From: an uncultured bacterium
Lineage (GTDB): Bacteria; UBP6; UBA1177
Length of the DNA: 49,338 nucleotides
NCBI GenBank assembly: GCA_947305505.1
Contig: CAMZDX010000002.1
Location: 1 to 49,338, forward strand
Direction: 5' to 3'
Position 1 is the first letter of the stretch. The number at the start of each line of letters is the position of its first letter. Shown here piece by piece: positions 16,151 through 24,112 of the stretch. The translations under genes were made by a program, and so were the position numbers. The notes under the pieces are model-generated. The model saw nothing but the letters and a program-made list of their open reading frames with translations, ran no database searches and had not been told where the DNA came from.

Positions 16151-16531
16151 TCACTGCTCCTTTGAATGTATGCCGTTTATCTTGGAACGGAAAAAACCGA
16201 TAAAGTCGAATCTGTTCCTCATAAGATCCATTACCGCAGCGACACAAAGGATAAGCGCTGCAAAGCTGTGACCGATAATGAAGAAGAGAAGCGCGATGAA
16301 TCCCATGATACCTACAGGAAGCAGATTCTCAGCCCAGTAAGCGGGATAACCGCCGGCATCACAAAACGCTTTCGGCAAAACAAAGCGGAATTTGCTGAGG
16401 TGCGCCGTCAGAAAAACAGCTAATGCGAACACAAGAGCCGTAAAGAATCCCGATACGAATGTCATAACTGCAAATGTCGTTACCGCACTGATCGTTCTGG
16501 CCTTTCTCATATTAGCGTCTGCGTTTGTCAT
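16151..16531 (-). CDS. Small multi-pass membrane protein, family C copy 3
   Basis: FVSGFFTALVF...KFRFVLPKAF...AAVMDLMRN parallels the other family C copies. Start moved to MTNADAN (GGAGG RBS). Confidence 0.7.
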   Translation of the reverse strand: MTNADANMRKARTISAVTTFAVMTFVSGFFTALVFALAVFLTAHLSKFRFVLPKAFCDAGGYPAYWAENLLPVGIMGFIALLFFIIGHSFAALILCVAAVMDLMRNRFDFIGFFRSKINGIHSKEQ

Positions 16532-16570
16532 AATAACCTCCAAAAAATTAAAAATTGTTCAACAACACTT

Positions 16571-16601
16571 TCTTAAAGCGGCACTTCTTTGGTTTTTCCG
16601 A
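16571..16601 (-). promoter_or_regulatory. Cassette bipartite motif (TCGGAAAAAC-N13-CTTTAAGA)
   Basis: Minus-strand reading, upstream of the ATG at 16531. Confidence 0.5.
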
Positions 16602-16630
16602 AAATTTTCACATTTTTTTGAAAAAAATTT

Positions 16631-17875
16631 TCAGAACGCATTGCGAAGCCCCTGTTCGTTCGGATAGAAGATGCTGTTATCAATGAAACCTACAGGTTCT
16701 CTCGAAAGCCCTGACAGCGCCGTTTCCGCATCGAACCGGACATCGTGGAAAGAGGATCTCGCTATTTTGGAAAGTTCACTCTGCTCGAACATTTCTCCGG
16801 GAAGTGAAAGTACGCTCGGATTTGAAAGGGCACTCGGTTTTGAAAGTTCACTCGGCGTTGAAAATATACTGGGGGACGTGAGAAGATCAGTTCCGCATTT
16901 AAAGAAGCCGTTTCCCTTTCCGTTCGGATCTCCGACTGCAAAAAACGGCTCGTTGCTTTCAGGAAAAACAGTGTCGAGAAGCTTTTTTGCGACAAAAAAC
17001 GTTGCGACACCTGCCGCGGCTGATGCCAGAAATGTACCGGTCGCAAAATTGGTGAAAGTTGCCGCAGCGGCCGACAGACTTGAACTTGCCGATGTTTTGA
17101 CCGCTTCGCCGAGAGTTCCTCCTCTCAAAAGCGAGAGCCCACCGCCCAGAATTCCGCCTGTGAGCATGCTTTGGAAAAGTACGGGATAGAAAACACTGCC
17201 GGGAACACCGAGAACGGGTATGATCGGATCTGTTACAGCCCTGTAAAGCGTAACGGCACTTGTGAAAAACTCCCCTATCGAAGCTCCGACAACGAGAACA
17301 TTCGGAAACATAAGCCCTGTCGCAAGATCGAAGCAACCTAAAGCAAAATGAAGACCGGCAGCGGAAAAAGTGTGAGGAATGGCATCTGCAAAGACCATAA
17401 GAACATCGACCCCGCTGCACAAGAACGCAACTCCTCCGTTAAGGACCTGGGCAACATTCAAAGAGCACAGATTGGAAATGTAGGTCTCACTAAAACCTGT
17501 TTTAGCCAACGCTTCTATCATGAAGCGCGGAACTACCGGAACACCTTTTACAGAAAGAAAATCCATTCCGAGATGGTGAAGAAGATGCCCTAACTTCAGA
17601 TCGGGAGCTTTGATTACGCTCAACCCGTCTTCTATAAGGTGGTGTCCGTGAAAAATACGGTGATTTGGCCCCTTGAGAGCGTCTATCCACGCGCCGGTGG
17701 GACCGGGGAGATGATGCGCAACGTGATATTCGGTAAGACCTCTTTGAATGGAAAGCGGAAGCGCCAGCGGTTTCCCGAGACCTCGGAAACCGAAACCGGC
17801 TGCACTCCTGAAAACATCAGTACTTCCGTGAATTATAGCCCCTGCATTATAGAGTGCCGTAGTGTCAAACATCAT
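16631..17875 (-). CDS. Hypothetical 414-aa His-rich / Gly-Ala-rich membrane protein
   Basis: Single long ORF with a GGAGG RBS (either of the two adjacent ATGs). His-rich N-terminal third, several Gly/Ala-rich hydrophobic segments, and a PS.LS. repeat near the C-terminus. Confidence 0.65.
   Translation of the reverse strand: MMFDTTALYNAGAIIHGSTDVFRSAAGFGFRGLGKPLALPLSIQRGLTEYHVAHHLPGPTGAWIDALKGPNHRIFHGHHLIEDGLSVIKAPDLKLGHLLHHLGMDFLSVKGVPVVPRFMIEALAKTGFSETYISNLCSLNVAQVLNGGVAFLCSGVDVLMVFADAIPHTFSAAGLHFALGCFDLATGLMFPNVLVVGASIGEFFTSAVTLYRAVTDPIIPVLGVPGSVFYPVLFQSMLTGGILGGGLSLLRGGTLGEAVKTSASSSLSAAAATFTNFATGTFLASAAAGVATFFVAKKLLDTVFPESNEPFFAVGDPNGKGNGFFKCGTDLLTSPSIFSTPSELSKPSALSNPSVLSLPGEMFEQSELSKIARSSFHDVRFDAETALSGLSREPVGFIDNSIFYPNEQGLRNAF
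16806..16877. repeat. 18-bp in-frame tandem repeat, about 4 units (gaaagNNcNctcggNNtt)
   Basis: Units start at 16806, 16824, 16842 and 16860. They encode the PS.LS. hexapeptide repeat of the 414-aa protein. Confidence 0.7.
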
Positions 17876-17902
17876 TTCCTCCGAAAATTAATAAATCTGC
17901 TT

Positions 17903-17933
17903 AGTTAAAGTGTCTGATTTTCAGTTTTTCCGG
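17903..17933 (-). promoter_or_regulatory. Cassette bipartite motif (CCGGAAAAAC-N13-CTTTAACT)
   Basis: Identical over the motif to the copy at 12791..12821. Upstream of the ATG at 17875. Confidence 0.5.
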
Positions 17934-17944
17934 ATTTTTTTACT

Positions 17945-18913
17945 TTACACGCTTTGCACAACCACAGATTCATCAGTTTCTGGCAGGATCACCTGTTTCA
18001 GCATTTCTACGACATCTGAATTTCCAATAAAATCGGTGCGCATAAAGATCGTATTGCTGCTGGAGACAATTATAGCCTCGGACTTTATTTTGCGCAGATC
18101 ATAGTTTTTCTTACTAAACACCATAAGATCCCCGCACCTGCCCTCAAGATCCCTGCAAAAAATAAACTCCACATTCTTTTTGGCGCAAATATCTTTTATA
18201 TATTTACTCTCAAGAAACTTGAACGCATCCTGATCACACACCAGAAGTGCATGATCTTTTACGACTTTAAGGACGCGGCAGTGTTCTTCGAAATATTTTG
18301 CGGCTTCATTCTCCAACTCACCGCCCTCTTTAGATTTCTTGAATAATTTATACCATTTATACTTACAATCTATTACAAACATTTTAAATCTTGCAATCAA
18401 ACCTGGTTGAAAAGGCTGCATCTTTGCCGTTATCGGATTTATTTCTTCATTCGGATCGCAACACAGATTTGCCTCATGAATGAGCTCTTCTTCGCTTACA
18501 GGTTCTTTGAATGAGACTCCGAGAGTACTCTGAGAAAACTCTATGATCCTTTCCGATTTTGCACGTAACGGGTCGATCCCTTTCTGATAAGCATCTCCGA
18601 CCGGCATTATGGAGACTATTGACGGAGTGTCCCAATAAAAAAGAAGCGAAACACGATCCTTTTCCGCAGCTTCGTACATCGCAGAAAACCCCGGTCCTCC
18701 GGCTTTTCCATCAGGAGTGTATATCTTGAGTTCATAGAGAAGCGGGAACGGTCCGTCAGCCTTCAGCATTTTGAAACCGTTTTTAAGCGTTATCACTTCA
18801 GTGTGTTTTGCCACCCACTTCTTTGCTTTATCCAGACGCCATTTGTTAAGATTGAATCTGAAAAAATAAGCAAGAAATATCGTTACGCAGTCCATGATCA
18901 TCTGAAGCATCAT
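17945..18913 (-). CDS. Hypothetical 322-aa protein, family F copy 2
   Basis: Distant paralog of 11790..12749 (shared AKKWV..H.E.I segment and a second NEAAKYFEEH segment). AGGAGG RBS. Confidence 0.65.
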   Translation of the reverse strand: MMLQMIMDCVTIFLAYFFRFNLNKWRLDKAKKWVAKHTEVITLKNGFKMLKADGPFPLLYELKIYTPDGKAGGPGFSAMYEAAEKDRVSLLFYWDTPSIVSIMPVGDAYQKGIDPLRAKSERIIEFSQSTLGVSFKEPVSEEELIHEANLCCDPNEEINPITAKMQPFQPGLIARFKMFVIDCKYKWYKLFKKSKEGGELENEAAKYFEEHCRVLKVVKDHALLVCDQDAFKFLESKYIKDICAKKNVEFIFCRDLEGRCGDLMVFSKKNYDLRKIKSEAIIVSSSNTIFMRTDFIGNSDVVEMLKQVILPETDESVVVQSV

Positions 18914-18953
18914 CTTTCACCTCCTAAAAGTTCTTAATCAACCAAAACCTACT

Positions 18954-18984
18954 TTTTAAAGCGTCAAACTTTCAGTTTTTCCGG
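18954..18984 (-). promoter_or_regulatory. Cassette bipartite motif (CCGGAAAAAC-N13-CTTTAAAA)
   Basis: Minus-strand reading, upstream of the ATG at 18913. Confidence 0.5.
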
Positions 18985-19022
18985 ATTTTTGATGAAAGAA
19001 TGTTCAGACAACAGAAAAACGA

Positions 19023-19145
19023 CTATTTTTTACCTGAAAAGTGTTTGATTATGCAGTACAAGAGAAAAATAACAATTAACGCAACAAGGATTTTTCCGCC
19101 TCTCGATGCGTTTTCCATAACTTCCCAAACAGTCATCGTTCTCAT
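19023..19145 (-). CDS. 40-aa single-TM peptide MRTMTVWEVMENASRGGKILVALIVIFLLYCIIKHFSGKK
   Basis: Not in the ORF track. AAGGAG 5 nt upstream of the ATG. Translated by hand. Confidence 0.4.
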   Translation of the reverse strand: MRTMTVWEVMENASRGGKILVALIVIFLLYCIIKHFSGKK

Positions 19146-19175
19146 AACAACTCCTTAAAACAATATTCCCTAAGA

Positions 19176-19838
19176 TCAGGCTGCCGTTTTATCCCTGTTT
19201 TTTTCTATCGGCAGCAGAGACACTATCTGATCAAATTCAGAATCTTTATAGTTTTGATAAACAGTTTTTCCACCGACTTCGACACGGAATTTCATCTTCG
19301 CATCCAGGAAAGGTCTGATCTGTTCTATTCTTTTACAAAGTTCTTCTATTACTTTATCTTTCTTTTGTTCCATATTCTTCACATGCTCCTGTTTTTTACT
19401 TTCAATAGTCCTCTCGATTTCCAGATCTTTAAGTTTTCTCCATCCAGTCTTAAACACTCTCTTTTTAGTAATATCGTGGCTGAGTATCTCAGGTTCTGGC
19501 AAATTGATGACATATACATCTCCATCTTTGCGTGTATTCGCAGCATCTATTTTGAATCCGTATTTGATACAGCCGTTACACAGGATCGTTCCTTTAGCTT
19601 TAATCCATCTCCCGATTTCCAAGTCAAAATCATCGCTATAGTTGTTTTCATAAAACGCAGCTTCTAAGATCGGTTTTAAGGCCTCGACTATATAAGAGTT
19701 TGAGACAGTTATTCCGGAATCCTTGAGATATCTGTTCAAAAGAGACTTCAGAAAAACAAAGACTGCAGCAAAAGATGTAAGAACAATGATCAATGTAAAG
19801 AAACCTTCTATAAGTTTTGAAATGATAACTTCTGACAT
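19176..19838 (-). CDS. DUF4230-like membrane-anchored protein (family B, copy 3)
   Basis: N-terminal TM helix. CIKYGFKIDAAN...PEPEILSHDI pattern. AGGAGG RBS. Confidence 0.6.
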   Translation of the reverse strand: MSEVIISKLIEGFFTLIIVLTSFAAVFVFLKSLLNRYLKDSGITVSNSYIVEALKPILEAAFYENNYSDDFDLEIGRWIKAKGTILCNGCIKYGFKIDAANTRKDGDVYVINLPEPEILSHDITKKRVFKTGWRKLKDLEIERTIESKKQEHVKNMEQKKDKVIEELCKRIEQIRPFLDAKMKFRVEVGGKTVYQNYKDSEFDQIVSLLPIEKNRDKTAA

Positions 19839-19881
19839 GATTTACCTCCTAAAAAACATTAATAAAACTCAAACCACACTC

Positions 19882-19912
19882 TCTTAAAGCGTCGGATTTT
19901 CCGTTTTTCCGA
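19882..19912 (-). promoter_or_regulatory. Cassette bipartite motif (TCGGAAAAAC-N13-CTTTAAGA)
   Basis: Minus-strand reading, immediately downstream of mini-tmRNA 2. Flank homologous to the ssrA downstream flank. Confidence 0.5.
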
Positions 19913-19938
19913 AAAATTCCGAAAAAAAGAGAAAAAAC

Positions 19939-20051
19939 TGGTGGAGACGGCGGGAATCGAACCCGCGTCCTGAACGCCGGGGCCTAAGCCCGATCCTTCG
20001 CCGGCCGGAACCGGTTCAGGTTTAATGCCCAGTCAAAACCATGTCATCCCC
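19939..20051 (-). ncRNA. tmRNA-derived tRNA-like-domain-only RNA (mini-tmRNA 2), 113 nt
   Basis: Differs from copy 1 by 5 substitutions and one 1-nt indel. None of these falls in the acceptor stem or T-arm. The hairpin CGGGC-UUAU-GCCCG becomes GGGC-UUAG-GCCC. Confidence 0.65.
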
Positions 20052-20094
20052 ATAATTAATCGTCAGCTGCCCTTTTTATCCTCCTCGCAACACG

Positions 20095-20541
20095 TCATTT
20101 TTTAGCATCTTTCAGCATACTTATGATCACGTCTAAAGGTGTGCCGGGAATAAAGATTGCACAGGCAGGAAGCGCTGTCCGGCAGCACTTCCCTATCATT
20201 TTTTCCATATTATATTTTTCAGAGTCATACCCCGGCTTCCACCATTCGCAGCTTACAGCATAGCAGCCGTACTTGGTATAGTTTCCCACGATCTCCAACT
20301 TGGGATTGCTTTTTCTTCGCTGTGTCGCATAGTTAAGAAAATCGTTTATATCACAGTACCACGGAAACTTCTTGGTGCACATCAGAGCCTCACACTCTTC
20401 CGAGACGACTACCTTTCTCACAATATCCGGGTCATTCAGCATCTTCTTTCTCAATCTCGGTTTGATTGCAAAATAGATGATTGCCGCAAGAATCCCCGTA
20501 GACGCCGCACTCATCAAAGCATTCAACAAAATGTCGTTCAT
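20095..20541 (-). CDS. Hypothetical 148-aa Cys-rich protein with N-terminal TM helix
   Basis: AGGAGA RBS with a cassette motif upstream. The stop lies 43 nt before mini-tmRNA 2. Confidence 0.6.
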   Translation of the reverse strand: MNDILLNALMSAASTGILAAIIYFAIKPRLRKKMLNDPDIVRKVVVSEECEALMCTKKFPWYCDINDFLNYATQRRKSNPKLEIVGNYTKYGCYAVSCEWWKPGYDSEKYNMEKMIGKCCRTALPACAIFIPGTPLDVIISMLKDAKK

Positions 20542-20583
20542 TTTTCTCTCCTAAAAAACGTTAATAAAAAAACATTCACGCCT

Positions 20584-20615
20584 TCTTAAAGCGGTGAAGT
20601 TTCGTTTTTTTCCGG
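20584..20615 (-). promoter_or_regulatory. Cassette bipartite motif (CCGGAAAAAAA-N13-CTTTAAGA)
   Basis: Minus-strand reading, upstream of the ATG at 20541. Confidence 0.5.
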
Positions 20616-20735
20616 ATTTTCAGGCGCTTTTTTGACAAATTTTTCAGAAACGTCTGATAGATGATGTTTTTTATTGGACAAAACACGCTGTTTTTCTATG
20701 CTTTTGCGACTAAAACGGATTGGAAGAGGTGTAAA

Positions 20736-23700
20736 ATGGCTGGAAAAAAGAATAAAAATGCTATGATGATAGTAGGGGCGACCCCGGGTGTTGTTCTTGG
20801 TCTTGTGGCATTTATAATCTCACTGACGGATACACAAGGTTTTATAGTTGCTTTTATAATTGGATTTATTGTGTTTGCTGTACTTGCACCGTTGGGAGCC
20901 TTTTTAGCCTTGTTTATAATACCATTATTAGTGTTTGTGGGCCATGTTCTTCATATTCATTCTTTGGAGCAACTTCAACCTGATGATGATATCCCTGAAA
21001 AAAAGGAAGAGTTCTTTGATTCTATAGAACGCATGTTAAGTCCGATATATACAAGTAAAATAGGTAAAATTGACAGAGCCATTATTGCAATCAAAAAATC
21101 CCGTGATGGTAAGCAGCGCAGAGAGGAATATCTGGATCGGATATGCTTGGATAGAGCAAAAAAATTTGCCGAATTTTACAAATATTCATCAAAACAGGTT
21201 CCTGCTGAAAACTCTGAATATGATAAGGCTTTAAAAAACTGGTTTATTTTTCAAAATTATGATCTTGCAAACGAATTTTTTCAAAATTCCATAGAAAAAG
21301 AGGAAAGCTGTCGTAAACTTGTGATATGTGACTATGTAAATTTCATATCTCAAACGGAAGGAGAAGAACAAGCCGTCAGAAAATTGGAAGAATATATAAA
21401 ATTATATGGGCAAAAGACCGAATTCTTTGAAAAAGCTGTAACTTTATACTCTCAAACAAATAATTTAGAGAAATTACAAGCAAGTCTGAATCGTTTGATA
21501 AACGACAAATCGGATCCAAACAGAGAACAAAATCTTGGAAGATGGCTTTTAAGACGGGCTGACTGTGAATACAGACTCGGTTATTTTGAAAAATCAATTG
21601 AGACTGCCAAAAAAGCTTACGATGCTAAGTGTTGGAAAGTCGGATATGCGAAACAGATCGTTGATTCATACATAGCCATTGGAAAATATGATGAAGCCAA
21701 AAAAAGCATAGATAAGAAATTTTTATTTGATAAAATATATTCCATATTAACAGATAGAATCAGAATCGCTGAAAAAAACAGCTATAATGCGGAAAACAGA
21801 TCTGTTTTTTATTCAGACGATGAGTTTGTAGAGAGCGTTATGGCTCAGCACCGGAATATTATTATCAAAACCATGACTCCCGTGGATGAATATACGCTCA
21901 AGTTCATTCTGAAAAAGATAGAGACAAATCAAAAAGATCTAGATAAAATTTGTGAAAGAATGCTTACTGCAGCCTATATAACAAAACATCTTTACGGTAA
22001 AACCGAGAAATATTATGAGTATATTTCCAAAGGTTTGTTCTACTGTTCACAAAAATATAAAAGTTCAAGTTATTGTTTAAGTGCCATCAAAGCCTCCACT
22101 ATGATCAAAGACGATCAAATAGAGGAACAGGCGCTGCGGAGTTATTTTTTAAATGTGCCTAAATATGCGTTGAGGAAATTAGAAGCTTATGTAATGGATA
22201 ACAATGCACCGCACGGCGTTTACAGTGAATCTCAGATAATTCAAATAATTAAGTACAGCCGTATATGCAGAAAATATTATGAAAGCAAAAAGATAAGTTG
22301 TGAGAATATAGACAAAAGATTTGACGATGCAGAGAGAAAATTTAAAGATTGGCTTGACGCAGTCAGAAAAAATGCCGATTTTAAGGAAGATTTAAAAAAT
22401 GCAGCTGATGAAGTGAAAAACTCTGTTCTAACATTCGATTCTGATAAAGAATTTATGGATTTATATATCGCAAAAATCTCTAAAATGGATGAGTTTTATA
22501 AATATGATGATTTCGACAACCGCAACCACATCGTATCTCAGGTTTTAAATGAATTGAAAAGATTGAAATCTAATGCGAAAGATTTCAATATGACAATATT
22601 TACTGAAAATTATCTTGCAAAAATCCTTTCTGCAACGATAGACAATTTAGAGAAAATCACTGAAAGGACCCGGAATGATTTTGCAACAAAAATCATAATA
22701 GATGTGCCTGAAAACAAACTTAGCCTGGATGAAAACAACGACGTAATATTCTCAGTAAATATCAGTAATACTGCCAACAGAGCACCTGCCCAAGAAATGA
22801 AACTGCTTATTGAAGATTTGTCCGGAAAAGAAATTTTTAAAAAAGATTTTTCAGAAAAAAATCTGACGGCAGGCGCTTCAATATCGGAACTTATAAAATT
22901 CAATATTAAAGACATTATTAAAGATAAAGCGGCTGTTGGTGTAAGAATAAAAGTTTCCTACAAAGGCGGTTTCGTTGAAATGTTGAAACAACTGACGATT
23001 GATTCGGATGATTTTGAGGAGATTAGAGACCCCTATATTGCAGGAAGTGTTGTCGAAAAAGACAAGATGTTCTTTGGAAGAGATGAATTGATTGGAAGAT
23101 TGGCAAGATCGCTGAAAAACGACACGACACGCTGTGTTGTTATTTACGGGCAGAAGCGTTCAGGCAAATCATCGATATTCTATCATCTCAAACGAAAACT
23201 TGAAGACAAGTTTATTATTCTTGATTTTACTGCCGGTTCAGGCATTACAAGTGAACAAAATTTTTATACCCAGGTCAGAAATATATTGTCAGAATATCTG
23301 GAAGACAACGATTTCGACAGCAGAATTATTGAAGAATTTAAGCATTTTGATATTTCAGAGTACTTGGATTTCGAACAATTTCTACGTAAAGTCAATCGAG
23401 AGATCTGCAAACCTGCTAATAAAGAGCTTTTGCTTATGATTGACGAGTTTACTAAAATATATGATTACATTAAAAACGACCATGTTTTCACTGAAAATTT
23501 TATGGATAAGTGGAAAGCCATGTCTGAACGGAATCTTTTTAAGTCTGCATTGATCGGTCAGGACAATATGCCTGAATTTATAAGGGCTTATCCAAATCAG
23601 TTCCAGGTTACAGAACTGATACGTGTTTCCTATCTTGAAAAAAGATATGCCATTGATCTGATAACCAAGCCGATACTTTTGAGTGGCGGCAAAAACAGAT

Positions 23701-24101
23701 ATTTGGAGGGCGCAGAAGAAAAGATCGCTGACTGGTTCAATGGCCAGCCGTTTTTTATCCAAAAATACTGTAAAAAACTGGTTAAGTATTTAGACCTGGA
23801 ACATGAAAGTTATATAACTTTAGCCGTTGCAGAAAATGTTAAAAACGAACTGCTTTCAGAATTTATGGACTCTGATTTCGATAATTTAGTTTATCAAGAA
23901 GAAAGTGAAGATTTTTGGAATGTACTTAAAAAGATAGCTTCTTCCGATGTCGAGGATGTTCCGCTTGATCTTTCGACTTTAAATGATGCGGAAAAATATG
24001 CTTTGGCCAAGTTAACAGACAGGGATGTTATTACTAAAAAGCAGGACAGATACCAAATCAAGATACCTTTTTTTAGAGAATGGATAAGAGAATATAAATA
24101 A
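20736..24101 (+). CDS. Membrane-anchored TPR / Ig-like / P-loop NTPase protein (gene A of three-gene operon)
   Basis: Start moved to MAGKKNK (AGAGGTG RBS). Two to three N-terminal TM helices, then a helical-repeat region. An Ig/CARDB-like segment (DVIFSVNISNTANRAP...VGVRIKVSYKGG). Walker A GQKRSGKSS and Walker B LLLMIDEF. Confidence 0.75.
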   Translation: MAGKKNKNAMMIVGATPGVVLGLVAFIISLTDTQGFIVAFIIGFIVFAVLAPLGAFLALFIIPLLVFVGHVLHIHSLEQLQPDDDIPEKKEEFFDSIERMLSPIYTSKIGKIDRAIIAIKKSRDGKQRREEYLDRICLDRAKKFAEFYKYSSKQVPAENSEYDKALKNWFIFQNYDLANEFFQNSIEKEESCRKLVICDYVNFISQTEGEEQAVRKLEEYIKLYGQKTEFFEKAVTLYSQTNNLEKLQASLNRLINDKSDPNREQNLGRWLLRRADCEYRLGYFEKSIETAKKAYDAKCWKVGYAKQIVDSYIAIGKYDEAKKSIDKKFLFDKIYSILTDRIRIAEKNSYNAENRSVFYSDDEFVESVMAQHRNIIIKTMTPVDEYTLKFILKKIETNQKDLDKICERMLTAAYITKHLYGKTEKYYEYISKGLFYCSQKYKSSSYCLSAIKASTMIKDDQIEEQALRSYFLNVPKYALRKLEAYVMDNNAPHGVYSESQIIQIIKYSRICRKYYESKKISCENIDKRFDDAERKFKDWLDAVRKNADFKEDLKNAADEVKNSVLTFDSDKEFMDLYIAKISKMDEFYKYDDFDNRNHIVSQVLNELKRLKSNAKDFNMTIFTENYLAKILSATIDNLEKITERTRNDFATKIIIDVPENKLSLDENNDVIFSVNISNTANRAPAQEMKLLIEDLSGKEIFKKDFSEKNLTAGASISELIKFNIKDIIKDKAAVGVRIKVSYKGGFVEMLKQLTIDSDDFEEIRDPYIAGSVVEKDKMFFGRDELIGRLARSLKNDTTRCVVIYGQKRSGKSSIFYHLKRKLEDKFIILDFTAGSGITSEQNFYTQVRNILSEYLEDNDFDSRIIEEFKHFDISEYLDFEQFLRKVNREICKPANKELLLMIDEFTKIYDYIKNDHVFTENFMDKWKAMSERNLFKSALIGQDNMPEFIRAYPNQFQVTELIRVSYLEKRYAIDLITKPILLSGGKNRYLEGAEEKIADWFNGQPFFIQKYCKKLVKYLDLEHESYITLAVAENVKNELLSEFMDSDFDNLVYQEESEDFWNVLKKIASSDVEDVPLDLSTLNDAEKYALAKLTDRDVITKKQDRYQIKIPFFREWIREYK

Positions 24102-24112
24102 CGGAGAAAAAC

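Noticed and set aside
1180-20541. Prophage, integron or ICE as an explanation for the cassette array.
   Set aside because: I found no integrase, transposase, attC-like sites, capsid/tail genes or conjugation genes in any frame. The repeated element is a promoter-like motif rather than a recombination site.
20661-20735. The longer 1146-aa start of gene A given in the ORF track.
   Set aside because: There is no RBS before 20661. AGAGGTG precedes the ATG at 20736, from which the TM helices begin.
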